Source: an uncultured Verrucomicrobiae bacterium (GTDB lineage: Bacteria; Verrucomicrobiota; Verrucomicrobiia; Chthoniobacterales; UBA10450). Taken from it: a DNA stretch of 64,000 bases. The stretch lies in contig CAVWPA010000001.1 of the NCBI GenBank assembly GCA_963756875.1, positions 224,001-288,000 of the forward strand. The letters are read 5' to 3'. The translations under genes and the position numbers were made by a program. Of this stretch, positions 21,900 through 32,490 are shown one piece after another (positions within the stretch are counted from its first letter, which is position 1; each line of letters starts with the position of its first letter). The notes under the pieces were generated by a model. It did not search any database, had not been told where the DNA came from, and worked only from the letters and a program-made list of their open reading frames with translations.

Positions 21900-22724
21900 G
21901 TGCTTGATAACGAAGACGTGAAGTGGATCGCATCCACTTCCACGGAATTGAATTCAATGCTTCAGCAGATCGCGCGATATACCGATCTGGCCCGGGGACA
22001 TAAAGGCGAGCATGGCTATCTCGACCTGCTTGGTGAAAGGGTGGAGCTTGCTTCCAAAACGGCGCAGTCACTTTTTGATCAGGTGACGTCAAAGATTCTT
22101 ACCGGGGCTTCTCGAAGATCTGCCGCCGCGCGCGGAGTGTCAGGCGGATTTACAGTCGTTCCACCGCCCGGCATCCCGGAGAGGCCACTGGTTTCAGCCG
22201 ACCCTGAGACGCGACAAGTCGGACGACGTGCCTCGACCGAGCACTGGCGAGGGACCGGAAATGGCAAGACAGACAAAGCCAAAAATCCAAATGGTGCCGG
22301 GATCCCAGCCGACGCCCGGGTGAGAAACCCCAGGGGCAATCGAGAGTATATTCTGTTTATCGAAGACGAACCGGAGGTGGCCGAGGTAGCGGCAGATATG
22401 CTCGCCGAGGAAGGTTACAAGGTGATCCTTGCTCACGACGGATTTGAGGCACTTAAAATTTATGCCAAAGCGAGCAAACAGATTGGCCTGGTCATTCTCG
22501 ATTTTTTCCTGCCGGTCATGGATGGAGATGCCGTTTTCGATGAGTTGCGCGCCATCAACCCCAAAGTCAACGTTGTCCTAAGCAGCGGATTCGCCGAGCA
22601 AAACAAGATCGGCTCGATGCTTGCACAGGGCCTCCGCGGATTTATTCCCAAGCCGTATACCCGGGAGAAGTTGCTCGAACAGGTACGTTCCACTCTGGAC
22701 GCTGGCCGCCAGACGCAGCGCTAG
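21900..22724 (+). CDS. Response regulator with degenerate HisKA-like N-terminus
   Basis: Receiver: ILFIEDE, LVILDFFLP, LSSG, FIPKPY. Confidence 0.85.
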   Translation: MLDNEDVKWIASTSTELNSMLQQIARYTDLARGHKGEHGYLDLLGERVELASKTAQSLFDQVTSKILTGASRRSAAARGVSGGFTVVPPPGIPERPLVSADPETRQVGRRASTEHWRGTGNGKTDKAKNPNGAGIPADARVRNPRGNREYILFIEDEPEVAEVAADMLAEEGYKVILAHDGFEALKIYAKASKQIGLVILDFFLPVMDGDAVFDELRAINPKVNVVLSSGFAEQNKIGSMLAQGLRGFIPKPYTREKLLEQVRSTLDAGRQTQR

Positions 22725-22808
22725 TCCCGCCGGGAGACGGCGGCCTCGGCAGGGCTCCGGAATCGGTGCCTCATGGCATCAATTTAGCTTCTCTGGAAAG
22801 GGACGCTC

Positions 22809-23891
22809 ATGGCTCGCATTGACGCATTTTTCAAATTGATGGCCGAGCAAAAGGCCTCAGATCTGCACCTTTCCACCAACAATGCGCCCATGCTGCGCAT
22901 CAACGGCGACCTGGTGCGTGTCGATTTTCCTCCGCTGAAGAACGACGATTTGAAGGCGATGGTTTACGAAATCGCGCCCGAGGGAAAGATTAAGACCTTT
23001 GAAGAGACCCTCGACGTCGACTTCGGTTACGAGATTCCCGATGTCGCCCGCTACCGCGTAAATTTCTTCCAGCAAAAATATGGCATCTCGGCCGCGTTTC
23101 GCTCGATTCCATCGCAGGTTCTTACGATTGAGGAGCTGGGTCTCCCGCCGGTCTTGAAGCGATTCGCGATGTTGAAGAAAGGACTGGTCCTGGTGACCGG
23201 TCCGACTGGATCGGGTAAATCGACGACACTCGCGGCAATGGTGGATCATTCCAACCTGCATCGTCACGATCACATCATCACTGTTGAAGACCCGATCGAA
23301 TTCGTTCATCGCAGCCAAAACTGCCTGGTCCAACATCGAGAGGTAGGCGTTCATACTCGATCTTTCGCCGCCGCGCTGCGCGGTGCATTGCGCGAAGATC
23401 CCGACATCATTCTGGTGGGCGAAATGCGCGATCTCGAAACCATCGAGCTGGCGCTTACCGCGGCGGCCACCGGTCACCTCGTTTTCGGCACTTTGCATAC
23501 GTCCAGCGCGTCTAAAGCTGTTGACCGAATTATCGACGTCTTCCCGACCAACCAGCAGAACCAGGTCCGGGCGACCCTCGCCGAATCGCTCAAGGGCGTG
23601 ATCGCGCAAAACTTGTTCAAGCGAATCGACAAACCCGGGCGCCTCGCTGCGTTGGAGATTTTAGTCGTGGACGTGGCGATCGCCAATCTCGTGCGCGAAG
23701 GAAAAACCCACCAGATCCCGGGAATGATCCAAGTCGGCAAAAAGAAGGGGAATCAACCACTCGACGATGCCATCATGGAAAACCTGCGCCACGCTCGTAT
23801 CTCGCCGGAGGAAGCTTACGACAAGGCTCTCGACCGCAAAAGGTTTCGCCAATTCCTCAAAGAGCCACCGATGGATGGCACCGATGAATAG
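22809..23891 (+). CDS. pilT: Type IV pilus retraction ATPase PilT
   Basis: ASDLHL, GPTGSGKSTT, ALREDPD, GTLHT, AIANLVRE. Confidence 0.93.
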   Translation: MARIDAFFKLMAEQKASDLHLSTNNAPMLRINGDLVRVDFPPLKNDDLKAMVYEIAPEGKIKTFEETLDVDFGYEIPDVARYRVNFFQQKYGISAAFRSIPSQVLTIEELGLPPVLKRFAMLKKGLVLVTGPTGSGKSTTLAAMVDHSNLHRHDHIITVEDPIEFVHRSQNCLVQHREVGVHTRSFAAALRGALREDPDIILVGEMRDLETIELALTAAATGHLVFGTLHTSSASKAVDRIIDVFPTNQQNQVRATLAESLKGVIAQNLFKRIDKPGRLAALEILVVDVAIANLVREGKTHQIPGMIQVGKKKGNQPLDDAIMENLRHARISPEEAYDKALDRKRFRQFLKEPPMDGTDE

Positions 23892-23900
23892 CACACTGCG

Positions 23901-25067
23901 ATGAGAATTCCTGATCTGGACAAAATCCTGTCGGCGATGCTGAAGACCTATACCGGCATCTCCGATCTGAACTTTTCCGTTGGCCACCCGCTCCAGGTTG
24001 AGGACTGGGGAGAATTGAAACCGGTTTACGTGGATCCGCCCATCGAGGCGCTCACTCCCTATCAAACGGAGCAAATCGCCCTCACGCTCATGCAGGGTAA
24101 TCGGCGCCTCATTTACGATTACCTTACCGGTGGCTCCTGCGACTGTAGTTATTCGCTCGGCGACGAAGCGCGCTTCCGCGTCAACATTTTCCGGCAGCAG
24201 GGGCATTTCTCTGCTGTTCTCCGCAAGCTGGAAGGGGAAGTGCCGTCCGTCGAAAGCCTCGGCCTGCCGCCAATTTTTCACGACATCGCCAAGGAAAAAA
24301 CCGGCTTGGTTTTGGTAACCGGGGCGACCGGCAGCGGGAAGACGACCACGCTTGCCGCGCTCCTGAACGAGATAAACCAAACCCAGCCGGTGCACATCAT
24401 TACGCTGGAGGATCCGATCGAATTTGTTCATCCAAAGCGCAAAGCCACCTTTAACCAGCGCGAGCTCGGCCACGATTTCAACAATTACCCAAACGGGTTG
24501 CGCGCAGCCCTTCGCCAGGCCCCAAAGGTCATCCTGGTGGGCGAAATGCGCGACCGGGCGACGGTAGAGATCGCCTTGATGGCGGCGGAGACCGGCCACC
24601 TTGTTTTCAGCACGCTGCACACGGTTGATGCCGGCCAGTCGATCAACCGTATCCTCGGTCTGTTTTCCCTTGGCGAAGAGCAGCAATTACGCATCCGATT
24701 GGCCGACACGCTTCGTTACGTGGTGAGCCAGCGGCTGGCTCCAAAAGTCGGCGGCGGCCGCCATTTGCTTACGGAGATTCTCGGAAACAACCTCCGCACC
24801 AAGGAAACTGTCGCCCTTGGCGAAGGCGAGCACCGGAACTTTTATGAAATCATCGAGGCGAATTCTCCATTCGGCTGGATGACTTTCGATCAATCCGTTC
24901 TCAGCGCCTACGAAAACGATCTCATCACGGAGGAAACCGCCAGGCTTTTTGCCTCCAAGAAGGGACGCATCACGCGGGGGATCGATTTGATCCAGAAGTC
25001 GCGCGGCGTCGATAATGATCTCGATTCCGGTTTGCGCCTCGATATCCCTGAAAACGCATTTCGATAA
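23901..25067 (+). CDS. PilT/PilU family ATPase (second paralog)
   Basis: GATGSGKTTT, EDPIEF, ALRQAP, STLHT. Confidence 0.88.
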   Translation: MRIPDLDKILSAMLKTYTGISDLNFSVGHPLQVEDWGELKPVYVDPPIEALTPYQTEQIALTLMQGNRRLIYDYLTGGSCDCSYSLGDEARFRVNIFRQQGHFSAVLRKLEGEVPSVESLGLPPIFHDIAKEKTGLVLVTGATGSGKTTTLAALLNEINQTQPVHIITLEDPIEFVHPKRKATFNQRELGHDFNNYPNGLRAALRQAPKVILVGEMRDRATVEIALMAAETGHLVFSTLHTVDAGQSINRILGLFSLGEEQQLRIRLADTLRYVVSQRLAPKVGGGRHLLTEILGNNLRTKETVALGEGEHRNFYEIIEANSPFGWMTFDQSVLSAYENDLITEETARLFASKKGRITRGIDLIQKSRGVDNDLDSGLRLDIPENAFR

Positions 25068-25540
25068 TGGCTACGGAATCAGAACACGATTCGAAATTTT
25101 TCGACCTGGGCGATAACACCGCCCTGGTTTGCATCGATCATCAGCAATATCAAAAGGTCGTCGTTCCTCAGCTGATCGACATGACCTACAAAATACACCT
25201 CGGCTTGTTTGCCGAAGACGTGCTCCTCAAGCTTAAAACCTACAGCTACGACGTGGTCGTCATTTACGAAAACTTCAAGGGTTCCACGCTGGCGACGAAT
25301 CCGATTTTGGAGGAAATGGTCAAGCGCCCGGACACGCAACGGAGGGAACATTTCGTCATATTGCTCAGCCATCGCTACCCGACGAACGATGCCATGGGCG
25401 CGTTCGTGCATAGCGTCGATCTTGTCGTCAATATCGCCGACCTGGCAAACCTCAAGCCCGTGCTGAGACGCGGCGTGGGCCAGCATCGGGAGCTTTACGA
25501 GTCGTTTGACGAAATGATGAAGAGCGTTCAGGCGCTCTGA
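25067..25540 (+). CDS. Hypothetical protein, receiver-like fold
   Basis: Stop/start overlap with preceding ATPase; alternating beta/alpha pattern (ALVCIDH, YDVVVI, FVILLS, VDLVVN). Confidence 0.7.
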   Translation: MATESEHDSKFFDLGDNTALVCIDHQQYQKVVVPQLIDMTYKIHLGLFAEDVLLKLKTYSYDVVVIYENFKGSTLATNPILEEMVKRPDTQRREHFVILLSHRYPTNDAMGAFVHSVDLVVNIADLANLKPVLRRGVGQHRELYESFDEMMKSVQAL

Positions 25541-25692
25541 TTTTGTAAGGCCGCACCCGATGGCCAAAAATTTGCGTGCGTTCCTCGTTTAGGCGACGGT
25601 TCTTCAATCAGGGAGGAACTCAAAGGGAGTCATGTTTTCAAGGCGGCTCAACGTCTGCGATTCGCCATTTGTCTAAACCCATTTTACACGCC

Positions 25693-26214
25693 ATGAATCC
25701 GCTTAGCTGGGTCCGTTTTAGTTGGGACTTGGGACATCTTCCAGATGCCGAAATTATGTTGCCGACGCATTACAAGATCGCCCCTGCGAAAAAGGAGGAT
25801 GAAAAAGCGCTGCGAAAGTTATTCTCCAGCACATTCTTTCTCGATCCCGTCTGGAACCCGGCCATCGCCGAAACCATGCAAACGGTCCAATCGTGGCTGG
25901 ATGTCGCATTTACATCCGAGCAAAGCATTTGCCTGGCGCTTCGGCACGGTCTGCGCATTATCGGGGCAGCCGTGCTCTCAATCGATCCCGACGCCAGCAA
26001 TCACCTCGCGCCCGGGCCTTGTGTCCTGATGGAATACCGCAATCGCGGCTTCGGCACGCGTTTGCTCGAGAGTTCGCTCAAAGCTTTGCGCGATGCCGGG
26101 GTGCGGCGCGCGGTGACCATCACGAAACAAAATGCGCCGGTGGCCCGATTTCTCTATCCGAAATTCGATGGAGTGGCCGAGCCATTGCCCGGCCCGGCGT
26201 TGCTTGCCGCCTGA
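25693..26214 (+). CDS. GNAT family N-acetyltransferase
   Basis: VLMEYRNRGFGTRLL acetyl-CoA motif. Confidence 0.8.
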   Translation: MNPLSWVRFSWDLGHLPDAEIMLPTHYKIAPAKKEDEKALRKLFSSTFFLDPVWNPAIAETMQTVQSWLDVAFTSEQSICLALRHGLRIIGAAVLSIDPDASNHLAPGPCVLMEYRNRGFGTRLLESSLKALRDAGVRRAVTITKQNAPVARFLYPKFDGVAEPLPGPALLAA

Positions 26215-26316
26215 CCACTAACGACTCCAGCCGCCGGGAATTGGCGAAGTTGTACAGCAGGCCTTTCAGCGTGCGCCAATAGTAGGGCAACTGCGCGCGA
26301 AGGCGCATTCCCTTCC

Positions 26317-26922
26317 TTACGCCTTTAGATGACCGCTGCGGCGTCTGAAAATGACCGTTCCAATTCCACCGAGCAGTGCCGCGACGATCAAAAGCGAGCC
26401 GGTCGAAGCTTCGGGCACAGGTATCGGGATGGGGACAACGCCAACGTTATTTACGTGACTGCCCGCGTTCGCCCCGGTAACCAACGTCCCTTGTGCAGCA
26501 AAGTAGCCGTCGCGTGTTTGCGGCGCGGTATCCGGCGGAAGGGCTCCGGCCGTCTCGATCGTGAACGGCCCGATCGGTCCACCGCTCGGAAGCGCGCTGG
26601 CTCCGGTGTACGTCCAGGTCAGGTTAAATACGTTCGGGTCGTCCGGCGGATTCGTTTGCGACGGCGTTACGCCAGTCAATAGCGACGAAAACGTCCAATC
26701 GATCGGCTGTGTGTTTGAGCCGGGAACGATGGAACCAAAATCGTAAATGGTGAAGAAATCACTGGTCGTCGCGTTTTGGTCCGCCGTTATGTTGATCGTG
26801 TAGGTCCAGATGGTGTTATTCCCATCCGGAGTGCCCCCGACGAACGTCGGAATAATGTCCGCGCGAACGGATCCGATGACTGTAAGAAGGGCAATTGCGC
26901 CCAGCGCTAGTAATTTCCGCAT
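26317..26922 (-). CDS. PEP-CTERM sorting domain protein
   Basis: Signal peptide; C-terminal VPEAST + TM + RRR. Confidence 0.85.
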   Translation of the reverse strand: MRKLLALGAIALLTVIGSVRADIIPTFVGGTPDGNNTIWTYTINITADQNATTSDFFTIYDFGSIVPGSNTQPIDWTFSSLLTGVTPSQTNPPDDPNVFNLTWTYTGASALPSGGPIGPFTIETAGALPPDTAPQTRDGYFAAQGTLVTGANAGSHVNNVGVVPIPIPVPEASTGSLLIVAALLGGIGTVIFRRRSGHLKA

Positions 26923-27023
26923 AAAATTCCGTTCGCAATTTCTAGAAAATCGGAACACAAAAGTCAATCATATTATTGTGAAAAATAATGCCCGTCGGAC
27001 CATCCCTGGGCCTGTAAAATTGA

Positions 27024-28422
27024 TCACGCCACGTCCCGCGCGTACCAATCCACCTTGCGCGTGACGAACATCACAACCGCGAGCACCAGGAAGAGGGCGA
27101 TCGCCCCCATCAGCAGTGCGTAATCCTGTTGCCGCAAGGTGATGTAAAGGAACGTATAAACCCCCGCCAGCCCGGCCCCGATCATCAATGTCCTTACGCC
27201 GCCGCCCAGGAAAAATCGGCAATACCATGTGATCAGGGCGGTCGACGCAATCGTCGCGATCAGATACGACCAGCTGAATCCGACAAACTCCGAGACGGAG
27301 AGAAGAAGCAGGTAAAACAGGCAAAGCGCCGCGCCAACCATCAAATATTGGAACGGGTGGATTTTTTGCCGGGCAGTGACTTCAAAAAGAAAGAAGGTGG
27401 TGAAAACCAGCACCAGGAACAGGACGCCGTACTTAATTGAGCGTTCTACATAACGGTACGCGTCCAGGATCGATAGAAACTCCGCGCCGAAACTGGAATC
27501 GCTGACCGATTTTACGTTAAAGCGCTCGTTCCCGTTGAGACTTGTCCACGACTGTGGATAGTCGCGGCCGTAATACGAGATCTTCCATTTCGCGGCAAAA
27601 CCGTCCGCGCGCACGGAGCGTTCTGCCGGCAAAAACGCGCCGCGAAATGCCGGATCGGGCCAGTTCGATTTCAGGGTCGCTTCGTTTTGCACGCCAAACG
27701 GGGCGAAAAAAGACCGCTTCACTTCCGTTGAAATCCATGGGGATGGAAAATTCCATCTCCTGAGCGATCGGCTTGTCGCCTGCCAGCGAGGCCGTTGCAC
27801 CGGTCGTGTAGCCGGGCACCTGAGAGCCAGGCAAAAAAGGGCGCTTCGTTCCATTCCAATCGAGCACCAGCGCTTCTCGTGTCCCGCGAAGATCGTTGAT
27901 TGCAATCGTTACGAACGCATCCTTCCATTGCACGTTCTTAACGTCGACCTTGAGCGCGCCGAAATCGGGCGGCGAAAATTTCCCGGAGAGCGTCACCTGC
28001 GCGCGAAAAACCGCCGCGTTGTAAATGCCGCGGTGCAGCATTTCTGTCTGAACATTTCCGTCGATGTGCAGCGTTTGCGGTAAAAAATACGCATTCGCCG
28101 TGCCCGTTTCCTCCACCTCTCGCCGTTCCATTTTCCCGTCGGGCGCCGGCATTTCCTTCACCGTTTTGAATTTGTATTGATAGGGAACGCCAAGCACCGG
28201 CCCGATCACGTTCTGTTGCCTGCCCCACGACGAGGTAATGTCGGCCACCGCTTCGTTGCGTCGCATCAGGCGATCGTTCAAGACACCGTTGATCATCGCC
28301 AATGGAATCAATAAAACTAAAATTAGTGCGCCGACCCCCAGGAGCTTGATGATCGTGCTATGTCGTTTTCCAAACGAGGGTTGCGACTTGGGCAGCGGCG
28401 GCGGAGCTTGTGTTTCGGCCAT
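27024..28422 (-). CDS. creD: Inner membrane protein CreD; +1 frameshift in T6 run at 27706-27711
   Basis: HRGIY, SNWPDPAFRGAFLP, ERSIKYG, IHPFQYLMVG, TRKVDWY across two frames. Confidence 0.9.
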
Positions 28423-28551
28423 AAGCGATGGTGTTTAATCGATATACGGCGTCGATTTCAAAATCTTTCTCCTTTTGGGGAAGATTTCTTTCGCGGGCTT
28501 CCGCGGGGAGCCCAGGCGCCCCGCATCCTGGTTGCGGGGTTTTCGCGACGG

Positions 28552-28676
28552 TGTAGCCACGGCGCTGCTCTGCCTGCCGCGCCGGAGCCTTGGCGAAGGC
28601 TGGGTCGCCGTGATTCCGTGATGCAGCAGGACACTCTGTCGCCGTGGAGCGCCCCGACAGAGCGGGGCGGCTAACA
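28552..28676. repeat. Composite GTAG REP doublet with nested mini-element
   Basis: Same family as 38263-38321 with a 32-nt insert at 28573-28604. Confidence 0.75.
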
Positions 28677-28732
28677 AATCTGAATCCAAATTTGCCCCGT
28701 TCCGCATCTTAATAAAAACAACCGAGGTTTTT

Positions 28733-31276
28733 ATGATCCAGGATTTCAAGTTTGCAGTCCGACAGCTGGTCAAGGCGCCGGGATTCACGGCGGTGGCGGT
28801 GTTGACGCTGGCTCTGGCGATCGGGGTAAACTCGGCGATTTTTGCGCTGATCAATGGCGTGGTGTTGCGGCCGATGGTGCCGGTGCGACCGCAGGAAGTG
28901 GTAAACGTTTTCAATTGCCGTCAAAATGCGAACCACGATTATCGCCAGTTTTCCTACAATGAATTTCGCGAGTTGCGGGAAAGCGGCCATGACACGTTCG
29001 CCGATCTTGCCGCGTTCGAGTTCGCGGTCGCGGGCATCGGCCAGGATCATCAGATGCGGCGCAGCTTCGCTTTTCTGACTTCGGAGAATTTCTTTTCTCT
29101 GATGGGAGTGCGGCCGTTTCGCGGCCGGTTTTACACCGCGGACGAGTGCCGGCCGAACGCGAACGTTCCCGTGGTGGTGGCAAGCTACGGGTTCTGGAAA
29201 CGGATGGGCGGCCGCGAAGACTTTGTCGGCAGCGCGATTTACGTTAACGGCCAGCCTTACACGGTGATCGGCATTACACCCGATGGGTTCAGTGGCGTGA
29301 GCGCGTTGGTCGCCCCCGATGTATGGCTCCCACTCGGCATTTATTCCCAACTGGGGTCTGCATTTGCCGACGCCGAAAATTTGCACGATCTCGCCGCTCC
29401 GAAAAACTACGCGCTGAATCTTACCGCCCGATTGCGGCCCGGCCTGACGTTGGAAGCCGCGAAGGGGCGGCTGCCGGTTTTATCGCAACGATTCAATGCG
29501 ATTCAACCGACCGGTGCCGAGTTCGCGCGGGAGGTACAGATTCAAAAGCCGTCGCGATTCAGTTTGAGCACTTCGCCCGAGGACGACGGGCCAATCGCCC
29601 TGATCGGCACGTTGTTGATGTGCATGGCCGGCGCGGTCCTGCTCATCGCATGCCTGAACCTCGCCAATATGCTGCTGGCTCGCGGCACCGCGCGCTCCAA
29701 GGAAATCGCGCTCCGCCTGGCCCTCGGCGCGTCCCGTTGGCGGATTGTGCGCCAATTGCTCGCCGAAGGTTTGTTGCTCGCCATCTGCGGGGGCGTCGTC
29801 GGTCTCATCCTCAGCGTTTGGTGCAACAATCTCCTCCTACACTCGATGACAGCGCTGCTCGGTTCGGTGAATTTTTCGCTCGTTGTCGATTTTACCCCGA
29901 ACGCCGCCGTTCTCGCGGTGACTTTCCTGTTTTGCCTGATTGCGACGTTGTTTTTCAGTCTCGGCCCCGCTCTCAAGGCGACCCGGGTCGATCTGGTTAA
30001 CGATCTCAAACAACAGATTGGCGAACCGGCGCGCGCGGGGAGGTTCAGCCGCTTCTTTGCGCCCCGACATATTTCGGTCATGGCGCAAATCGCGCTTTCG
30101 CTGGTGTTGCTTTTCGCTGCCGGATTATTTTTCCGAGGCGCGTTGAAAGCCGCGGGGCTCAATCCCGGATTTGTCGCAGCGGGCGATCTTGTAAGCGAGA
30201 TCGATTTCTCGCTTGTGAAAAAAGATCCGGCCGACGCGCGTCGCCTTATCTTCAACATCTTGCAGCGCGTGCGAGAGTTACCGGGCGTGAAGGCTGCGGC
30301 TGTCGGAACGATGCTGCCTTACGGAAACTTCACAAACGTTCGTCGCATCATGTCGACACGCTCGACCCTTTCGAACGATCCCAAGGCGCCGGACCCGGGT
30401 GCGAGCGCGCTTTATACCGCCATCACGTCCGGATACTTCGATGCGATCGGAGTAAAAGTCCTGCGCGGCCGCGATTTCACGCAAGCTGAGTGCGAAAATA
30501 AAGACGGCCGGCAAATCGGCATCATCGACGAGGAAATGGCCAAAAAGCTTTTCCCGAACGAGGACGCGATCGGCCAGCACGTTCGCTATACCCAGCCGCC
30601 GCGCGATGGTTCGCCCAACGATATCGAAATCGTTGGCGTTGTGAATACGCATCGTCATGACGTGCAAAACGATACCATCCTGCGCCGTCTATTCGTGCCG
30701 CTCGCGCAGGGCTACAACGGTAATATTTTCCTGCATGTGCGTCTCGATCGACAAGATCGACAGGCGGTTGTGGGTATGATTCCCACCCTGCGGCAAACAT
30801 TGCGCGAGATCGATCCGGACCTTCCAATTCTGAGCATCGCGCCATTCGTCGATCTGATGCAGAATTGCGTCGGGCTTTGGGTCGTCAAACTAGGAGCGAC
30901 ACTCTTTGGCGCCTTCGGTGGAATTGCGCTCGTGCTGGCTGTGGTCGGTGTTTACGGCGTGAAAGCTTATGCCGTCGCCTGCCGGACACGCGAGATCGGC
31001 ATTCGCATGGCGCTCGGCGCGCATCGACGCGATGTTTTCGCATTGATCATGCGGCAGGGCGCAATGCAAACCGCCCTCGCAGTGGGCATCGGCCTTCTGA
31101 TTTCGTTTGCTGCCGGTCGCATCCTTGCCCAAATCTTGTACGACGTGAGCCCGACCGATCCGTTCGCGCTGATCGTATCCAGTCTCCTGCTCGCTGGGGC
31201 CACGCTTCTGGCCTGTTTTCTCCCGGCCCGCCGCGCCACGCGTGTGAACCCGCTCACTGCGCTGCGAACGGAGTGA
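28733..31276 (+). CDS. ABC transporter permease, duplicated orphan permease (ADOP/MacB-like)
   Basis: MIQDFKFAVRQL, LALAIGVNSAIF, LLIACLNLANMLLAR, EIGIRMALGA, PLTALRTE. Confidence 0.92.
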   Translation: MIQDFKFAVRQLVKAPGFTAVAVLTLALAIGVNSAIFALINGVVLRPMVPVRPQEVVNVFNCRQNANHDYRQFSYNEFRELRESGHDTFADLAAFEFAVAGIGQDHQMRRSFAFLTSENFFSLMGVRPFRGRFYTADECRPNANVPVVVASYGFWKRMGGREDFVGSAIYVNGQPYTVIGITPDGFSGVSALVAPDVWLPLGIYSQLGSAFADAENLHDLAAPKNYALNLTARLRPGLTLEAAKGRLPVLSQRFNAIQPTGAEFAREVQIQKPSRFSLSTSPEDDGPIALIGTLLMCMAGAVLLIACLNLANMLLARGTARSKEIALRLALGASRWRIVRQLLAEGLLLAICGGVVGLILSVWCNNLLLHSMTALLGSVNFSLVVDFTPNAAVLAVTFLFCLIATLFFSLGPALKATRVDLVNDLKQQIGEPARAGRFSRFFAPRHISVMAQIALSLVLLFAAGLFFRGALKAAGLNPGFVAAGDLVSEIDFSLVKKDPADARRLIFNILQRVRELPGVKAAAVGTMLPYGNFTNVRRIMSTRSTLSNDPKAPDPGASALYTAITSGYFDAIGVKVLRGRDFTQAECENKDGRQIGIIDEEMAKKLFPNEDAIGQHVRYTQPPRDGSPNDIEIVGVVNTHRHDVQNDTILRRLFVPLAQGYNGNIFLHVRLDRQDRQAVVGMIPTLRQTLREIDPDLPILSIAPFVDLMQNCVGLWVVKLGATLFGAFGGIALVLAVVGVYGVKAYAVACRTREIGIRMALGAHRRDVFALIMRQGAMQTALAVGIGLLISFAAGRILAQILYDVSPTDPFALIVSSLLLAGATLLACFLPARRATRVNPLTALRTE

Positions 31277-31309
31277 GATTTCGGCGTTCGGCCTTTTTTC
31301 TCAAAGAGG

Positions 31310-31382
31310 TGGCTGGGGCCGGAATCGAACCGGCGACACGTGGATTTTCAGTCCACTGCTCTGCCAACTGAGCTACCCAGCC
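31310..31382 (-). tRNA. tRNA-Phe(GAA)
   Basis: GGCTGGG/CCCAGCC acceptor stem, anticodon loop CTGAAAA, GGTTCGATTCC T-arm; CCA not encoded (ACCT). Confidence 0.95.
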
Positions 31383-31591
31383 GTTGATCGAACGCGGTCG
31401 TGTAAGCAGGAGCGGGTTATTAAAGCAGAAAACGCCCAACGCTCAACGTCCAACTCCGAATGGATTCGCGAGCAGGCGCCGAACCCAGAAACCGCTACAG
31501 AAATCGGCGCGGCGGACGAAAATCATCGGGGAGAGCCGATGCCGCGGGAACTCTCAGCTAAAGCAGGCGAAGTGAAGCGTTCTATCAACTC

Positions 31592-32161
31592 TCAACTAAA
31601 TTTCCGCGGTAATTCCACGGCGGCGCGCAGAAGACGCAGATAATGGTTCCGCGGAATCTCCACGCCGCCGAACTGTCGCAGGTGCGGCGTGAGCCATTGC
31701 GTGTCGAGCAGGGTAAACTTCGCAGCGCGCAACCGTTCGACCAGGGCGATAAGCGCGATCTTCGATGCATCGGTCACCCGATGGAACATCGATTCGCCGA
31801 AAAACGCGCCGCCAATGGCGACGCCGTAGAGTCCGCCTGCAAGTTGGCCTTCGCTCCAGGCCTCAATTGAATGCGCATGGCCCAATTCGTAAAGCCGCTC
31901 GTAACTGTCGATGATTTCCTCATTGATCCATGTGTCTTCCCGCTGCGCGCACGCCCGGATCACTTCGCCGAAACGATGGTCGATTTTAATCGCAAAAGTT
32001 TTCTTGCGCCATTCGCGTCGCAGCGCATGTGGCACATGGAAATCTTCCAGAGGAATAATCGCCCGGGGATCGGGAGAAAACCAGCCGATGGAATCGTCGG
32101 CCATGGCCATCGGAAAAACGCCGAGCCGATAACCTTGCAACAGGAGCTCCGGATCAATCAT
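31592..32161 (-). CDS. aat: Leucyl/phenylalanyl-tRNA--protein transferase
   Basis: GVFPMA, TWIN, AHSIEAW, GGLYGV, FFGESMF, LLDTQW. Confidence 0.93.
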   Translation of the reverse strand: MIDPELLLQGYRLGVFPMAMADDSIGWFSPDPRAIIPLEDFHVPHALRREWRKKTFAIKIDHRFGEVIRACAQREDTWINEEIIDSYERLYELGHAHSIEAWSEGQLAGGLYGVAIGGAFFGESMFHRVTDASKIALIALVERLRAAKFTLLDTQWLTPHLRQFGGVEIPRNHYLRLLRAAVELPRKFS

Positions 32162-32274
32162 GTGATCGCAGTTTAGCCAGTTCCCTTCTGTTGTAGAGCA
32201 CTCGCCGCGGCGAACGCCCTCTTCAATCTTGGCTTCAACCTTGCAATGGGGTGTCTCTTTTCTAAAATAAGCAG

Positions 32275-32490
32275 ATGAAGCGCATTCCAATCCTGTGCGC
32301 GATTGCGATCGCTTTCGCGTTGCTTGCCGGTGGGTGCGCGGATCCGCTCGAGCAAAACGACATGCAAGATGCGGGCAACCGCCTCCAGCGCGGCCTTTCC
32401 GGCCAGGGCCATTTGACCCAGGACGAATCAACGAATAATCCGACCGGTGCACCCTCCGAATCGGAAACGCCTCCCCAGTATCCGCAGTAG
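32275..32490 (+). CDS. Small lipoprotein
   Basis: MKR + hydrophobic core + lipobox LAGGC; overlaps guaA start. Confidence 0.7.
   Translation: MKRIPILCAIAIAFALLAGGCADPLEQNDMQDAGNRLQRGLSGQGHLTQDESTNNPTGAPSESETPPQYPQ

Noticed and set aside
23661..24686. Long antisense ORFs (also 22857-23609, 6441-7385, 47211-48170 and others)
   Set aside because: Shadow or alternate frames of well-supported genes in GC-rich DNA.
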